In this document: positions 12,200-26,668 of the stretch, one piece after another
Layout: each line of letters opens with the position of its first letter
Numbering within the stretch: position 1 is the stretch's first letter
NCBI RefSeq assembly: GCF_902713615.1
Contig: NC_052154.1
Location: 81,013,072-81,077,071 of the forward strand
Direction of reading: 5' to 3'
Length of the DNA: 64,000 bases
From: Scyliorhinus canicula
Taxonomy: Eukaryota
Notes under the pieces: model-generated
What the model was told of the DNA's origin: nothing
Seen by the model: the letters and a program-made list of their open reading frames with translations, nothing else
The model's database searches: none
Translations under genes and position numbers: made by a program

Positions 12200-13430
12200 C
12201 TCAGTCCTTACTGAGACAAAGCTACATCTTTACATCAACGACACCTCAGTTTGTTCTGTGAAACTAGCAACTGTGCTAAATAGGAAGGTTTTGGAACAGA
12301 GTTGGGATATCAGAATCGAGCAGCCACGAAATACTGTGCACCATTAGTGGCAGCAAAATTGTATAAACCATAGCCTGTAACATCACAGCCCAGCATATCC
12401 CTGACTGTACCATTGCCGTGAAGTCAGTCAAACAACCTTGTGCCAGGAGGAAGAGAGGAATGTAACCCAGCAACAGCACGCTTCCCCAAATACCCGGTGC
12501 TGATTGGGCGAAGGACAACATGCGTGTCAAGCAGTGGAGACAGTTTATAATAGAAAGAGCTAAGCGATCCAACACCCAATGGTTCAGAGAAGGGCTTTGC
12601 CAAATTCATTTTTGAACGTTGCAGACAATTAGAGGAGAAGGCGACAGAGACATCCCCATCAATCATGGGAGAGCCAACATCTCCATGCCAAATATCTGAG
12701 TGTTTGCAGCCACCTCAAGCCAGAAGTACCGAGGGGATGATTCAACTTGGTTTATTTCTGAGGTCCCAAACATCAGAGGTGCCAGTCTTCAGCTAACTCA
12801 AATCGCCCCATGTTATATCAAGAAACGACTCCATGTATTGAATGTGAACCTCTCAGCTGCAGGGGTGAAAACCAATGCTAGAGAACCAGCTCTATTACAA
12901 GTCAAGTTGTTGTGGTACGCCTACAATACAGGCATTTATTGGGCAATGTGGGCAATTTCCCAGATATATGCCACCAACAAAAAAGGCTCATTATAATTTC
13001 CAAATTGCCATCCCATCAATTTACTCCCCATCATTAGAAATGTGCTGGAAGTTGTGGTGGAGTGTTTTTATGTATTCAACAAATATGAGCATTGCTGGCT
13101 GGAGAAGAATCTATTACCCATCACAAATTGCCCTCCAGAAGGTGGTGATGATCTACCTTCTTCAACCGTTGCTGTCCGTACTCTGCTAGGGAGGGAGTTC
13201 CACGATTTTGAACTGGCGACAGTGACTGATCGGCGATTACATTCTGCATCAGGATTGTGTGCAGCTTGGAGGGGAACTTGCAGGTGTTGTGTCCCCATCC
13301 ACCTGCTACCCTTGTTCTTCTAGGTCTCAGGGGTGTTAGTTTGGAAGGTACTGTCCAAGGATGTTGGGGTGTTGTTACAGTGCATCTTGTAGATAGGCTA
13401 TTAAGGAATACCAACTTGGCAATCAGCTGG
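12200..13430. mobile_element. Degraded CR1/L2-type LINE fragments (+ then -)
   Basis: Broken ORF2-like motifs (PQHIP..TI, RAKRS..W) and an inverted 3'-end fragment. Confidence 0.6.
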
Positions 13431-15007
13431 CCACCAATGCTCAGTTTAAGTTCCGCCAGGATCCCTCGGCCTCAGACCTTATTATAGCGTTTGTGCAAAC
13501 AGACCAAAGTGCGGAATTCCAGAGGTGCAGCGAAAGTGACTTCCCCTGATGCCAAAACAGCATTTTTTTCAAGTTTAACATCAAGAAACTGGGGGATTAA
13601 AATAAATGGGATTCAAGAGGAGAACCTTTGTTTATTGGAATCATATCTCGGACAAAAAATGTGGCTGTTGGGGGGCAATCTTCTCTGACCTATGACAAGA
13701 CGTCAGGAACTCCTGTAGGTGAATTGATGTCACATGATTAGTTTTAGTTCAGTGTAATAATGTCTCTGATTAAACTTCTCGTGAATGTCAGTTTTAGCAA
13801 CATGTGACTGTATTAGCTTCACTTTGCAGGAGATTGTCGTCTTCAAGGTTGAATGATCAGCTCAAATTTGTTATCAGCAAAAATGCTGGCAGGATGTTAT
13901 GGGTACAAGGGAAGGAAGTATAACATCAGATGTTCCTTATGTTAGTTTAGCTCATAGGTTTGAAGAAGAAGTCATTACCTTTAACTTTGAATTAGAGTTA
14001 AAATGTGTGATAGTATGTGGTCCGTTGTAATAGTATAGTTATTTAGATCATCATTATTTAACGACATGTATTAACTAAACGTATAAGGACACTGGTTTAG
14101 AACGTCACATTTTAAACTGTGACTATTGCTATACACTTATATTGTGTTCTCACTCTTGCAACTTTAAATACAACTTGCATTATGACTTTCTGCATCACTA
14201 CTTCATAACTTTCGGTATTAGATATACATAGTCTTAAGCTGTAAATAACTCTGTCACTTTAGTCTTTGTTCTAACATTGAAGTGACTAATTCCGAACCCC
14301 AATATCTACAGAGTAAAGGACAGGGACTCTAATGCAGTCACTGATAAGGATCTTATTCAGTGAGTGACTTGCACTAGTTAAGCAAATCCCAAGACGACGC
14401 ATTCAAGGCGCCATTCCAAAGGAAATCACAGGATAGTTCCACAATCCTAAATAAATGGACAAGGAAGATACAAGAAAACATATTTTGATCTTAGCAAGAG
14501 GTGACAAAAACAAACATTAATGAGAGGCATGGTGCCGCAAGTAATTGACAGCTGAGATGGCAAGTCGGAGGATAAAGCGAAATGACATCATAAAATGAAC
14601 ACCACCCTCGAGAAACCAATTAGAAATTGACCATGCCATCAAGAGCAATCTCATATTGATCATGCACCCGTTCAGCCAATTAACAATAAGCCTTGCCTCA
14701 TTCAAGCCAGTCAGAAAACAATAGTATCACCGATAATGCTGTGCGATGTGGCTTGAGGGGGTGAATAAAGAACTGCTTACAGTGAGCAAGGCGTGCACGA
14801 AGTTTCAAAGTGAACTTTGCAGAGTTTTCGGTCAACAGCAAAGCAGAAGACCCACAGAGGTTACGGGCAAAGAAGGGAAGTCGAGTGTCGCCTCGCACCG
14901 GAGTCGAACCGGAAAGCAAGAGCTGTAGTACGGCCGTCAATTCGCTGCCCTGCTTTGCTACATATTAATTCATAACTAGTTTCCTGAGTTACTTTGTCTC
15001 CTGCATT

Positions 15008-15095
15008 GGGGCAGTACGGTAGCATAGTGGTTAGCACAAGTTGCTTCATAGCTCCAGGGTCCCAGGTTCGATTCCCGGCTTGGGTCGCTGTCTGT
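15008..15095 (+). mobile_element. SINE 5' head abutting an L1 fragment
   Basis: ggggcagtacggtagcatagtggttagcac...ctgtctgtgcgg ends abruptly at L1 endonuclease-coding sequence. Confidence 0.75.
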
Positions 15096-15096
15096 G

Positions 15097-18000
15097 CGGT
15101 GTCCACCCATCCACGGGAGAAAGAGTTTTCCTTCTGCACCCCAGTACACAACGTATACACCAGGATTGACTTCTTTGTGGTGGGGAAATCGGTGCTTCCA
15201 GGGCTGGTCAAAGCGGAATACTCAGCAATCGTAATCTCCGACCACTCTCTACATTACATAGCTGTGAGGTTAGAGATGGGCAAGGCACAACGCCTCACCT
15301 GGAGGTTGTACACTGCCCTAATAGCCGACACGTCTTTCAGCGAAAAGGTATCGCAGGCCCTAGTGGAGTATACGGAAAGCAACCAAAATGGGGAGGTCTC
15401 ACCCTCCACATTCTGGGAGGCGCTAAAGGCCTTAATTAGAGGGGAAATTGTCGTCTTCAAAGAGCGAAGAGTCAGGGCGGAAAGGACGGCTAGGCAGCAG
15501 TTGGTCGACTCCATACTGGAAGCAGTCCGTAAATACTCTGAGGCACCAACCGTAGAGCTCCTGGCAGAGTGGAAAAAGCCACAAATGGACTTTGACCTGC
15601 TCTCCACGAGTAAAGCTGTGCATCAACTCCACCAGGTATGGGGGACCCAATGCAAATACGGAGACAGAGCCAGAGGCCGGCTGGCACACCAGCTGAGAAC
15701 ACAGGCTGCCACCAGAGAGATTGCGCAAATTTGGGGCAACAGAGGCACATTGGAAACAGACCCAGAAAAGTTCAACAAAATCTTTCAGGTCTTTTACCAA
15801 GGGTTGTACACCTCGGAGCCCTCAACAGGGTCTCGGGGATTAAATGGTTCCTCGACGGACTGGACATGCAAGTTGTGGGGGAAGACAGAAAACGGGGCCT
15901 GGAAGCACCACTAGAACTGGGAGAGAGAATGGAGAGTATTAGCTCCAAGCAGGCGGGGCAGATGCTGGGAGCAAATGGGTTCCCGGCGGACATCGACAAA
16001 ATATTTGCGACAGCCCTGGCCCCACATCTGCGGGAGATGTTCACAGACTTTCTGGCAAGCGGCACACTTCCACCTACACTTGCACAGGCCTCAATATCGC
16101 TAATACCTAAGAAAGACAAAGACCCAACAGAATGCGGGTCATACAGACCCGTCTCATTACTAAACATAGACGCCAAAATACTGGCCAAGATTCTCACCAA
16201 AAGGCTGGAGAGCTGTTCCCAGATATGATTGCAGAGGGCCAGGCGGGCTTTGTAAAAGGTAGACAACTAACATCGAACATCAGGTGCCTGCTTGTGGAGA
16301 GAACACCAGAGATGATTATCTCCCTGGAGGCAGAAATGCTCTTTAACAGAATCGAGTGAAAGTACCTCATACAGGTACTGGGGCGGTTCACGCTCGGGTC
16401 AGGATTCACCTACTGGGTGAAGCTCCTGTACAGCGCTTCCATGGCGAGAGTATGGACAAAAAACACCCAGCACAGGGGCAGCAGGCAGGGATGCCGGATG
16501 TTCCCACTGCTGTTCGCCCGAGCGATCAAACCACTAGAGATCACTCTCTGAACAGCAAAAAACTGGATGGGAATCCCAAGAGGGGCAGGAGTACAGAGTC
16601 TCGCTCTGAGCAGATGTCCTACCTGCTCCTCTACATCTCAGACCATAAAGCAACATGGGAGGAATCAGTACACTCCTGGAATTGTTTGGTGCCTTCTTGG
16701 GCTACAAACTCAATATGAGCAAATGCGGGATGTTCCTGGTGAACCTGCAATGGGGTGGGACAGCGCTGGAGGGACTCCGTTTAAACAAGCCCGACGCAAA
16801 TTCCGCTACCTGGGGATCCAATTCACTCACGATTGGGTGGCGGTTCACGTAGAACCTGACCAGTCTGTCAGAGGAAGTCAAAAAGGACCTGCAAAGATGA
16901 AGCACACTCCCACTCTTCCTTGTGAGGAGAGTGCAGATGATCAAAATGAACACCCTGCCAGGTACCTCTTCCAACTTGGATCTGTCCTGAACTATATCCT
17001 CAAGGCCTTTTACAACTCACTGGACAAGACAATCTTGATGTTTGTAGGGGGGAATGGAAGAATGCTAGGATCCCAATGAAGGTCCTATAGAAAGGAAAGT
17101 CCAGGGGAGGGCTAGACTCCCAATGCCACTCGGTAGCGACTGCAGAATGAGTAATGGGATGGATTAGGGAGCCAGAAGCCGGGTGAGTGTGCACAGAGGA
17201 TGCCTCCTGCATGGGGACATCGCTCCTGGTCTTCGCCATGGTGGCACTCCCATTCCCACCCAAAAAACACTCCAGCAGCCCAGTGGTGGTAGCCAGCTTC
17301 CAGGCCTGGAACCAATTACGGAAGCAATTCGGCCTGACCACAATATCCGACAAAGCCCCCCATCTGCGACAACCATAGGTTTGTGCCAGTGTTCACTGAT
17401 GCCACCATTAAAAGGCAGAGACAGGACGGAGTACACTGACAGCCAGGGATCTACACACCGACGACAGGTTCACAACACTGGATGAACTGATGGAGAGATT
17501 TCAACTAGCTAAGGGCAACAAACACAGATACCTGCTGCTTAGCAACTTCCTACGGAAGGAGACAAGGATGTACCCATGACCACCGTGACAGACACTACTA
17601 GAGGAAATACTGGACGCAAGCATTCTAGGTAGAGGAAACTGTAATGGCATGTATGAACGACTGGTAGAGAGGGCTGACACTGTACTGGATGCGACGAGGA
17701 TGAAATTGGAGGAAGACCTGGGGCTAGAAATAGGGTGAGGACTCTGGCATGAGGCACTACATAGGGTTAACTCCAGCTCCACATGCGCAAGACTCAATCT
17801 AACGCAAATAAAGGTGGTACATAGAGCCCACTTAACAAGAACCCGAATGAGTAGGTTCTTCCCGGCGGTGCAGGACACATGTGAATGGTGCCAAGGAGGC
17901 CCGGCGAACCACGCCCACATGTTCTGGTCTTGCCCCAGACTTGCTGGGTACTGGACAGCCTTCTTCGTGGCAATGTCTAAGATGGTGGAGATGAGGGTGG

Positions 18001-18990
18001 AGCCATGCCAGAAAGTCCCGGCCTTCAGGCTATCAGACCAGCCAGATCTCTTCACGGGGAGGAGGGCAGAGGCCCTTGCCTTTGCCTCCCTGATCGCCTG
18101 CCATAGAATCCTATTTGGCTGGCGGTCAGTAGCATCACCCAAAGCCGCAGACTGGCTGTCCGACCTCTCGGAATTTTTCCAAATGGAAAAAATTAAATTC
18201 GCCATCGGGGGTCAGAAGGTGGCTTCCTCAGAACATGAAAACCATTCACCCAACTGTTCTGGGACCTGTTTGTGGCCAAAGAATAATCAAATAAATAATT
18301 AAGTCACCAAAAGCCAGGGGAAAGTAGCCAAGACGTGAGAAAAGACAGGGAAGGGAGGGAAGACCCGGGGTGCCGGGGGGGGGGGGGGGGAGAGTGCAAG
18401 AGGGGGTAGCTAAACACAACGCAAAGAAGAGGGAGGCGCAAAGAGGACGAGGAGGGGGGAGGGGGCAGGGAAGTTGGAGAATGGGGGGTGGGGCAGGGAA
18501 GAAGGAAGGACAGTGGGCAAGAAATAACAGAGAGGAGCCAGATGGGAGGAAAGACGAGGGAACACAAACTGTCAGGAGAACACGGGAAACAACAATGACC
18601 ACAACAAACACAGCAGGGCAACAGAGAGAAGAAGTAATGGAGGAAGGAACGAAAGACTGCCGAGGCGGAGGCAAACACATACAACCGACCAAGAGAAGCA
18701 GGTAACACCAGGGGCATTGTCCAGGCGTCCCGCCAACCCAGTTTTGTTTTGTTTTGCTTGTTCAGTATGTATCTTATTTCTTTAAAAAAACAGAAAAGAA
18801 TAGGGGAGAACACCCCCCCCCCCCATGACAATGACATGTCTCTCCGTTGCCTCTATGTGTATACACTGCCCCAGTTTTTATTTTCCCTGACCTTGATTTT
18901 TATTTTAGTTATGTAATGTTTTAATTATCTGTTTTTGGTTTCTCTATGTGTACATCTGTAAATATACCATGTATATAAAAAAAAACATTT
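15097..18990 (+). mobile_element. 5'-truncated, degraded L1/Tx1-type LINE (EN end, RT, Cys-rich C-terminus, G-rich 3' UTR)
   Basis: VYTRIDFF..ISDH (endonuclease), SYRPVSLLNIDAKILAKIL (RT), CEWC..HMFWSC (C-terminal Zn motif). Many frameshifts. Confidence 0.9.
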
Positions 18991-19479
18991 TTTTAAAAGT
19001 CCATGCAGGATTGTTAAAACATTCTCATTACTTCCATGGTTTGCAATGCAGGGATGATATTACAGGATGGTGACATTAAGGAAGGATAGATCTTTAATTT
19101 CATGGGTTAATTTAACACGAGACCGACTTTTCCAGATGGAAATTAAGAACGGCCTCAAATGGAATTAAAACACTTTGGATACGTTCAAAAATCGTTCACC
19201 GATTACATGACTGTTTTGGAGGAAATATGTGTTAATGCAATTTTCATCAAAGTGCCAATAGAAGACGTTGGAGAATAGGAAATGTGACAATGTTTCTGCA
19301 ACGCTGTTCCACCAATCTCTCAGAACACGGTCAACCCGTGGCTTACTACTACTAATAATAATCTTTATAATAATAATCTTTATTGTCACAAATGGGCTTA
19401 CATTAACACTGCAATTAAGTTACTGTGAAAAGCGCTTGCCCCCAGTAAGGAAGTTTTGTGCTATGAGCTCTGGGCAAAT

Positions 19480-19875
19480 CAAGGTTGAAAGGAACGACAT
19501 TTAAAATTATGAAGGGAATAGATAGGATAGATGCGGGCAGGTTGTTTCCACTGGCGGGTGAAAGCAGAACTAGGGGGCATAGCCTCAAAATAAGGGGAAG
19601 TAGATTGAGGACCGAGTTTAGGAGGAACTTCTTCACCCAAAGGGTTGTGAATCTATGGAATTCCTTGCCCAGTGAAGCAATTGAGGTTCCTTCATTAAAT
19701 GTTTTTAAGGTAAAGATAGATAGTTTTTTGAAGAAAAAAGGGGTTAAGAGTTATGGTGTTCGGGCCAGAAAGTGGAGCTGAGTCCACAAAAGATCAGACA
19801 TGATCTCATTGAATGGCGGAGCAGGCTCGAGGGGCCATATGGCCTACCCCTGCTCCTAGTTCTTATGTTCTTATG
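19480..19875 (+). mobile_element. CR1 LINE 3' end
   Basis: TFKIMKGIDRIDAGRLFPL..TRGHSLK..NFFTQRVVNLWNSLP with a ttcttatg tail. Near-identical to 61230-61604. Confidence 0.9.
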
Positions 19876-20761
19876 ACTCCATGGTATGCAGATGAACAAG
19901 AAAATACGGCATTTGGGAAAACACAAAGCAACACACGAAAAGTGTTTTTTAAAAAGCAAAGATACAAATGCCTTACGTAGAAGAGCTTAATCTGTACCGA
20001 GAGTAGTGTTAGAAATGATGCAATGTTACATGTGAAGTAGAATATCTGTGGCGTGTGAACAGCAACTGTTGTTTTGGTTACACTGAAACATTCGACGTGA
20101 AATTGCCTTTGATATTCAATAGCACGTACATTTGCAACATGCCACAATTATATTTAGGACTAGAGATGTGGGTGCTTCGAACAGAGCGACTGCAACACGT
20201 CCGTCAGATCAAATAAGCAATTGGCCATCGTTAATATTTAGAAGCACATCTTGTCTCTACGGTAACTATATTGCAAACGGAGATAATCGGTTGTACTTTT
20301 TGAGAATGAGTAAAACGCCCACACATTAAACTGTACTTCCTGTAAATAGATGCATCATGTTGAATAAATATCGAAACAATCTCCCGCAGATCAGTGGGCG
20401 ATTTTCTTCTGTTAATACCTTGAAGGAATACATGACGATTCCGAAGCCTCGAGTTGTTTCCATTGCCCTTGAACATTTCATAATATGTGATTGTGCACAA
20501 GGCATGTGGAAACAACACAAGGTCTTTAGATGAGGAAAGCCAATACGAAGGAACCCCTAGGAACAGGAATAAGGTATTCAGAGCCCTGAACCTGTCCCGC
20601 CATTCAATGAGTGAACTGCGGCCTAATTCCATATACCTGCATTTGGTCTGTATCCCTTAATTCATTTGCTAAACAAAATTACATCTATCTCAGATTTAAA
20701 ATTAGCAACTGTTCTACCGTTAACTCCTCTTTGTGGGAGACAGTCCCAAACCTCTATCACA

Positions 20762-21250
20762 TTATAGGAAGGATGTGGATGCATTGGAAAGGGTGAAGCG
20801 GAGATTTACCAGGATGTTGCCTGGTATGGAGGGAAGATCTTACGAGGAAAGGCTGAGGGACTTGAGGCTGTTTTCGTTAGAGAGAAGAAGGGTAAGAGGT
20901 GACTTAATTGAGGCATACAAGATGATTAGAGAATTAGATAGGGTGGACAGTGAGAGCCTTTTTCCTCGGATGCTGATGTCTAGCACAAGGAGACATAGCT
21001 TTAAATTGAGGGGAGATAGATACAGGACAGATGTCAGAGGTAGGTTCTTTACTCAGAGAGTAGTAAGGCATGGAATGCCTACAACAGTAGTCGACTCGCC
21101 AACACTAAACGCATTCAAATGGTCATTGGATAGGCATATGGACGATAAGGGAATAGTGTAGATGGGCTTCAGAGGGGTTGCACAGGTCGGCACAACATCA
21201 AGGGCCGAATGGCCTGTACTGCGCTGTAATGTTCTATGTTCTATGTTCTA
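20762..21250 (+). mobile_element. CR1-type LINE 3' end nested in an antisense CR1 fragment
   Basis: YRKDVDALERVKRRFTRMLPG..RGDLIEAYK with a ttctatg tail. The host repeat resumes on both sides. Confidence 0.85.
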
Positions 21251-22099
21251 TCATCCTTTGCGTGAAGAAATCCTTCCTAACATCGTGAACGACCTGGCCC
21301 TAATTTTTAAACCGTGCCACCAAGTTCAAAGGGATTGGAGCAACTGCAGGAAGGAGAATGAAGAAAGACAAGTTACAAAACACAATTGGAAATTCAATAA
21401 GATTCTCACATTCTTCAGTCCATTTTATTACAGAATACCATTCGAAAACTAAGACCCCAGTCCTTTTAATATGACAAAACTGTTAGATTAAAACGATCTC
21501 TCCTTAAAGCGGCATGTGAACAGTTTTATTCAAGGCATCATATCTAAGTTCATGAGTTTCTCCGCAGGCAAATCACAACAATATAAATGGTTGGATCGTC
21601 CATTCCAAAGAATCAACTAAATTAACATTGTGGAGGGGAGTTTGATGAGGATGGAAGGAGAACATTAAATGGGTTGAACCTCACGAAGGTTTAACAAAAA
21701 CGTTCCTTTGTATTTTTAAAATTGTATATCAGTGAGTTTACAACCTTGTGTGGTTAAATATACTATTTCCTTTCATGAATGGGTTATCCAACGGTTAGTT
21801 ACACACTGATTTTCCAATCAGTGGCTCTGACAGAATGCGACGGGGTAGATAGGGTATCAACATTGTAATAAGTGACATGCATATGTTGGGAGAAACACCT
21901 TAATACAAATTATTATCAATCAGGTATATGCTTGGAAATTCCGCTGTTAGACAACTGGTGTATAATTTGCCCTCGGAGCATGTGATTCAACCGCTCGAGC
22001 ACGCTCTACCATTCAACAAGATCATGGTTGATCCGATGACAGCTCATGTGACTAGAACTCCATTACCCTGTCTATACCATATACCTCCCGATAAGGTTC

Positions 22100-22572
22100 A
22101 CAAGAATGATCCCTGGAATGAAGAACTTGTCGTATGAGGAACGTTTGAGAACTCTGGGTCTGTACGCGTTGGAGTTTAGAAGGATGAGGGGGGATGATCT
22201 TATTGAAACTTACAGGATACTGTGAGGCCTGGATAGAGTGGACGCGGAGAGGATGTTTCCACTTGAAGGAGAAACTATAACCAGAGGACACTACTCAGAC
22301 TAAATAGACAATCCTTTAAAACAGAGATGAGGAGGAATTTCTTCAGCCAGAGGGTGGTGTATCTGTGGAACTCTTTGCCGCAGAAGGCTGTGGAGGCCAA
22401 ATCACTGAGTGTCTTTAAGACAGAGAAAGATAGGTTCTTGTTTAATAAGGGGATCAGGGGTTATGGGGAGAAGGCTGGAGAATGGGGATGAGAAAATATC
22501 AGCCATGATTGAATGGCGGAGCAGACTCAATGGGCCGAGTGGCCTAATTCTGCTCCTATGTCTTATGGTCTT
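22100..22572 (+). mobile_element. CR1 LINE 3' end
   Basis: RT C-terminal motifs and the conserved 3' UTR ctaattctgctcctatgtcttatg. Confidence 0.85.
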
Positions 22573-25500
22573 ATGGATTTCCCTCTGAAATCTGCTTTCC
22601 CTTCCCTGTTGCAGTGTGGTTATTCCAATTGTCTACTTAACTCAGAACACTTTGTTTTCTCTTTCTTGATTTTTTTCCTGAACAACACTTTCGTTTCTGT
22701 TCCTTAACTTCAGTCCTCTTAAGACATTGTTTCTGCCACAATAACCTGATTTTCTGGACTATAAGGATTCTTTGGGACATTTGTCCCTGCAGCTCCCTGG
22801 TCCTCTCCAGTTTCTCCTGGCAGAGTTGAGAGACCTTCACTCCCAGCAGTCCTGTCTCTAGCTTCCAACAAGTTCAGGTAAAACCAGAACCAGACGAAAG
22901 TCCTTCCCTCTGGAAAGTGGCCCGGTTGCTGAGCAACCACTGCTAGTTTAATTTATGTTTCACATCATAGCTATCTCTAAGCAAAATAGAAACACATTTA
23001 GAATTGAAAACAATCCCCCCAGATACAAAAACTGTTGACAACCTCTAGGTTTTATCCTTCCATGAACTAAAACATTAAATTCAAACCACTTGAAATTATA
23101 TCTTACTTCTAATGTTTACCAATACAAATATAAGTCACTTGAAATTACTTTTGTTTTCCGAACACCCAGGTAGATTAAAATGAAAGATTGATAGGCAAAA
23201 CTGTCTTTCAATAATGGGCTGCTTTTAAAGAACACATGGGCCAGGTAGAGTCGAGGCATATTACCCTTCCCATGAAGGGGAATGATATGACAAACAAAGC
23301 CGGAGCTCACAGAATGATGAAGGAAGTGGAGAGAAATATGGCCCAGGCAGGATATGAGAAATGTTAGGTTGATAATGCAATTCAGAACTCGACCTAAGTT
23401 AGGAAGTTCAGAGGGGGCTTTCCGGTTGCTGTGGTATAAAATGAGTAATAGTGTCTAAACTTATCAGGGAATAAGTTACTGTCAGAGCTACAGCATTGGA
23501 GAAGATAGTTAAGATACAGAGTTGGCTAAAATTGATAAAGAGGCAGCACAAGAGAGACTGATTGCAAGCATGGATGGAAATTGTCCAATAAATCTAGTAA
23601 TGTCATTGTAAGTCAAGGCAAAGGAAAATTCTCCCTTGCTGGAGACAGCCGTTACCTAGTATTTGTGTGGCGTAAATATACGAGGGTGTCATGGCCTTAC
23701 TAGATTCTACCATGAACTATTATAGGGGCTTTTCACAGTAACTTCATTGAAGCATACTCGTGATAATAAGCGATTTTCATTTCATTTTCATTTCATATTA
23801 ACTGAGAAACTGCGATGGGCAATTAATACTGCACGATCACTGAACAGAACAGGCCCATTCAAACTTAATAAGGAAGCGAAGGTGGTTGCATCGCGGACAC
23901 TTCCATGCGAAATTGCAGCAGCCATGTCCCCTGTCTGAAATGGTCAGTCTTCAACAATTCCTACCAGCTCCTATTGTGTGACTCCAGTTTTTCTGTCGTT
24001 GTCGGTGACACAAATTGCGCCAAACCTCTTTGTGTGATGTTCGATCAGATGAATGAAACTCGAATCCCAGTGGTCTCCCGCGCCTCCAGGAACCCACCCA
24101 GTGAATCCCAGCGGGTTTTCAGCTGCTTTTCTGACTCGCTGTGAAAATACGACTGGCTAATTTTCTTGCTATTTTTCTTGCTAGAGTTGTGGTAACCTTA
24201 CTTAGCATCACTGTCGATTAGAATAAACAAATGCTTAAAGCGGTTGATTTTTTCATTTTCTTATATTGTGCCAAGTGTAGGCATCACTTGCCAGATAAGT
24301 TTCGAGCGTTACATTTCCTATCGATAGTCCGGTTATGCACAGTAAAACTCGCTCTTTTTCTTCTCAATGCAGGTAGTTTATAACGCAGTAAAACGTCCGT
24401 AGATTCTTCATATGATCTTTAATAATAATAACTACACTGTTGTATCTATAAAATATCAGATGGTTCGACCAGTGTATTAATCAAACGTTTTACCCAGATG
24501 TCTTTAATAGCGATGAAAACAAAGAACAGCGTAAATATAGAGTCAAATCAATTTTATAACGACAACAATATTTACCCTTGAATTAACCTAAAATCATATA
24601 TTAAAGGTTCAGAAGATTCGTTTAACTGCCCATATTGATGGACTCGGTTGAGCCGCGAGTCTGATTTTTGCATCTCTCAGGTATTGTTGCAAAGGTGGGT
24701 CTGATCTGGGTTGATCCTTCCCTCACTGGTCAGTTTTTTGAATGGTCAATGCACCTACACATCGGGTCTTCACTGGGGTGTCTTGGGTATCTACCTTTAT
24801 CTCCCTCCTTGACTTTCCAGAAATTTATCTGGCTTTTGACCAATAATGTCTCCGGAGGGGGCCCTAAACCCAATGGATTAGATGATGACCGCTTAACAGG
24901 ACTGGGGGCCTCTCCCTGGTGTCCATCTCTGATGGTGATGCTTGTATGTAACCTGTTACCATATAAAGTAACTGTTGGAACCCTGTGTGTCAGAAAGTCT
25001 GGCTCAATCTGGGCAACCCAAAAGAAATCGGTGCATATCAATAGAATGGTTGATCTCCCGGTTATTGACAAGGCAGCTCCACACATGTCCTGGCAGTTTG
25101 TCAGTGCGTCCTGTAATTGACTTTGGTCAAGTCTGAATTCCCACCAGTCTGCCTGACGTTGACTGCAGTTTGATTTAAAATGTCCAATGCTTAATTGTAA
25201 GTGTCCAATTTTATCGCCCTAAGACCCAGGCCCTGCCAGGACTGCCCCACATAAGCAGATACTTCGGAAGATGCCTTTTATCCCCCAAGGCGCGAACTAT
25301 AATGTACGGCGGGTAGGAATAAAGAGGTACACAGAAGAGGCAACCAGGGTTTGCGATGGAGTTCCAATGTTCTTGGAGTTCTAACAACGTCTGCTTTAGA
25401 TGACAGCTAATTTGGACGTTAAGATCGCATAACCTATTGTTAATGCTCCAGTTTACACTCCAGCAACCGTGTCCATGCACATCGATTCCGATGTTTTAGT

Positions 25501-26548
25501 TGATTATTTTATTTTAAACTTTTTGTTTCTTGCGTCATTTTTTTCTCTCCCTCTTTTCGCTCCAGTCAGTAATCTGTATTTGGATATCCAGCCCTATTGA
25601 ACTTCTACTTTTTGATGTGTAGAAGCATTCAATCTGACAGCGATGTTCTTTTTAATGCACGTTTAGGATTCCAGGAAGTTAAAAAATTCTTAACTATGAC
25701 GGGAAATACAAGATTCGAATAAGCTGCTCGGCTATACTTCGGAGGAGTTTCTCCTTGTCATGGCAATTGAATATCGGTTAGTTCTTGGAAGAGTATTCTT
25801 TCCAACACTGAATCCCCGTGGCTCACCACTCTCATCCCGAATGACTCTTACGGGGCAAGTGCTGAGCAACAGAAACGTGCGTCTGACCGTCGACATGAAG
25901 TGAAATAAATTTCTTAGTTAAGGAATCGACCTGATACCCACTACTGACAGAACACGCTTTATTGTCAAAATACCAGAGATCAATACAAAGTGGTATATCA
26001 GGGCTGAAGATTACCGTCGCAAAAAGGTCTGTCAGTTGTTCAGGTTCTGGACAGAATAGCTTGTGTTCTCTGTGTCGTTTTGTTCAACTTTCTCTGTCTT
26101 CTCACTAGAACACAAAATTCAAAACGCCATTTCAGTGATACAAGATGTGATTTTGTCAATCTTGCAAATTTATAATGCGGACAAAGTCGGAAGGCGTCAT
26201 AAAATTCCGTAACCTGCCTTTACACAGTGAGATGCTGGATGGTAAATACTAAGGCCAACTTGCTCTCTGCAAAGTTCTCCCGAAGTAGGAAAAAACATTT
26301 GGAGACTATCATTCTCGTAACGTATGGATTTTCGTGAAGCCCAGTGAGACGAATTTTGTATCGGAAAAGGATGGGAGGCGTCTACCTATTAGCTCTTACT
26401 AATTTAAAATAACTGCTGCCTTTCAGGACTACAGACCAATTTCAAATCTCAACAACCACCATTCCTGCGCCAACAAAATGAAAACCTTTAAGTTACTCAC
26501 TGAAAAGTCTCCGTTCATTATGATTGGTATTTGAACTAAATGCCTTAC

Positions 26549-26668
26549 CTTTACAGTCACTGAATTTGAACAGCATTATAATGGTGGTCAACAAAATCAC
26601 AAAGGTCAATGTGAAACTTGTATATCCAAAGATCCGTAAATAAAGCGAGGGCGAGGTACTGCCACGGC
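26549..26668 (-). pseudogene. Receptor gene 2: TM exon (GRGSTSPSLYLRIFGYTSFTLTFVILLTTIIMLFKFSDCK)
   Basis: Acceptor taatcttgcag, donor G/gtaagg, 120 nt, in phase with C1. Hydrophobic helix with an N-terminal Arg. Confidence 0.85.

Noticed and set aside
18246-18837. Long Pro- or Gly-rich ORFs
   Set aside because: Low-complexity purine-rich L1 3' UTR read in several frames.
19977-20082. Hydrophobic exon-like segment with donor gtaaggcattt, like the gene 2 TM exon
   Set aside because: The acceptor gives an immediate stop in the required phase 1, and the similarity is too weak.
24640-25500. Unexplained island with 118-150-aa ORFs, faintly like Penelope RT (LHTSITIRDGH)
   Set aside because: No catalytic motif is recoverable by eye. 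Needs a Dfam/HMM search.
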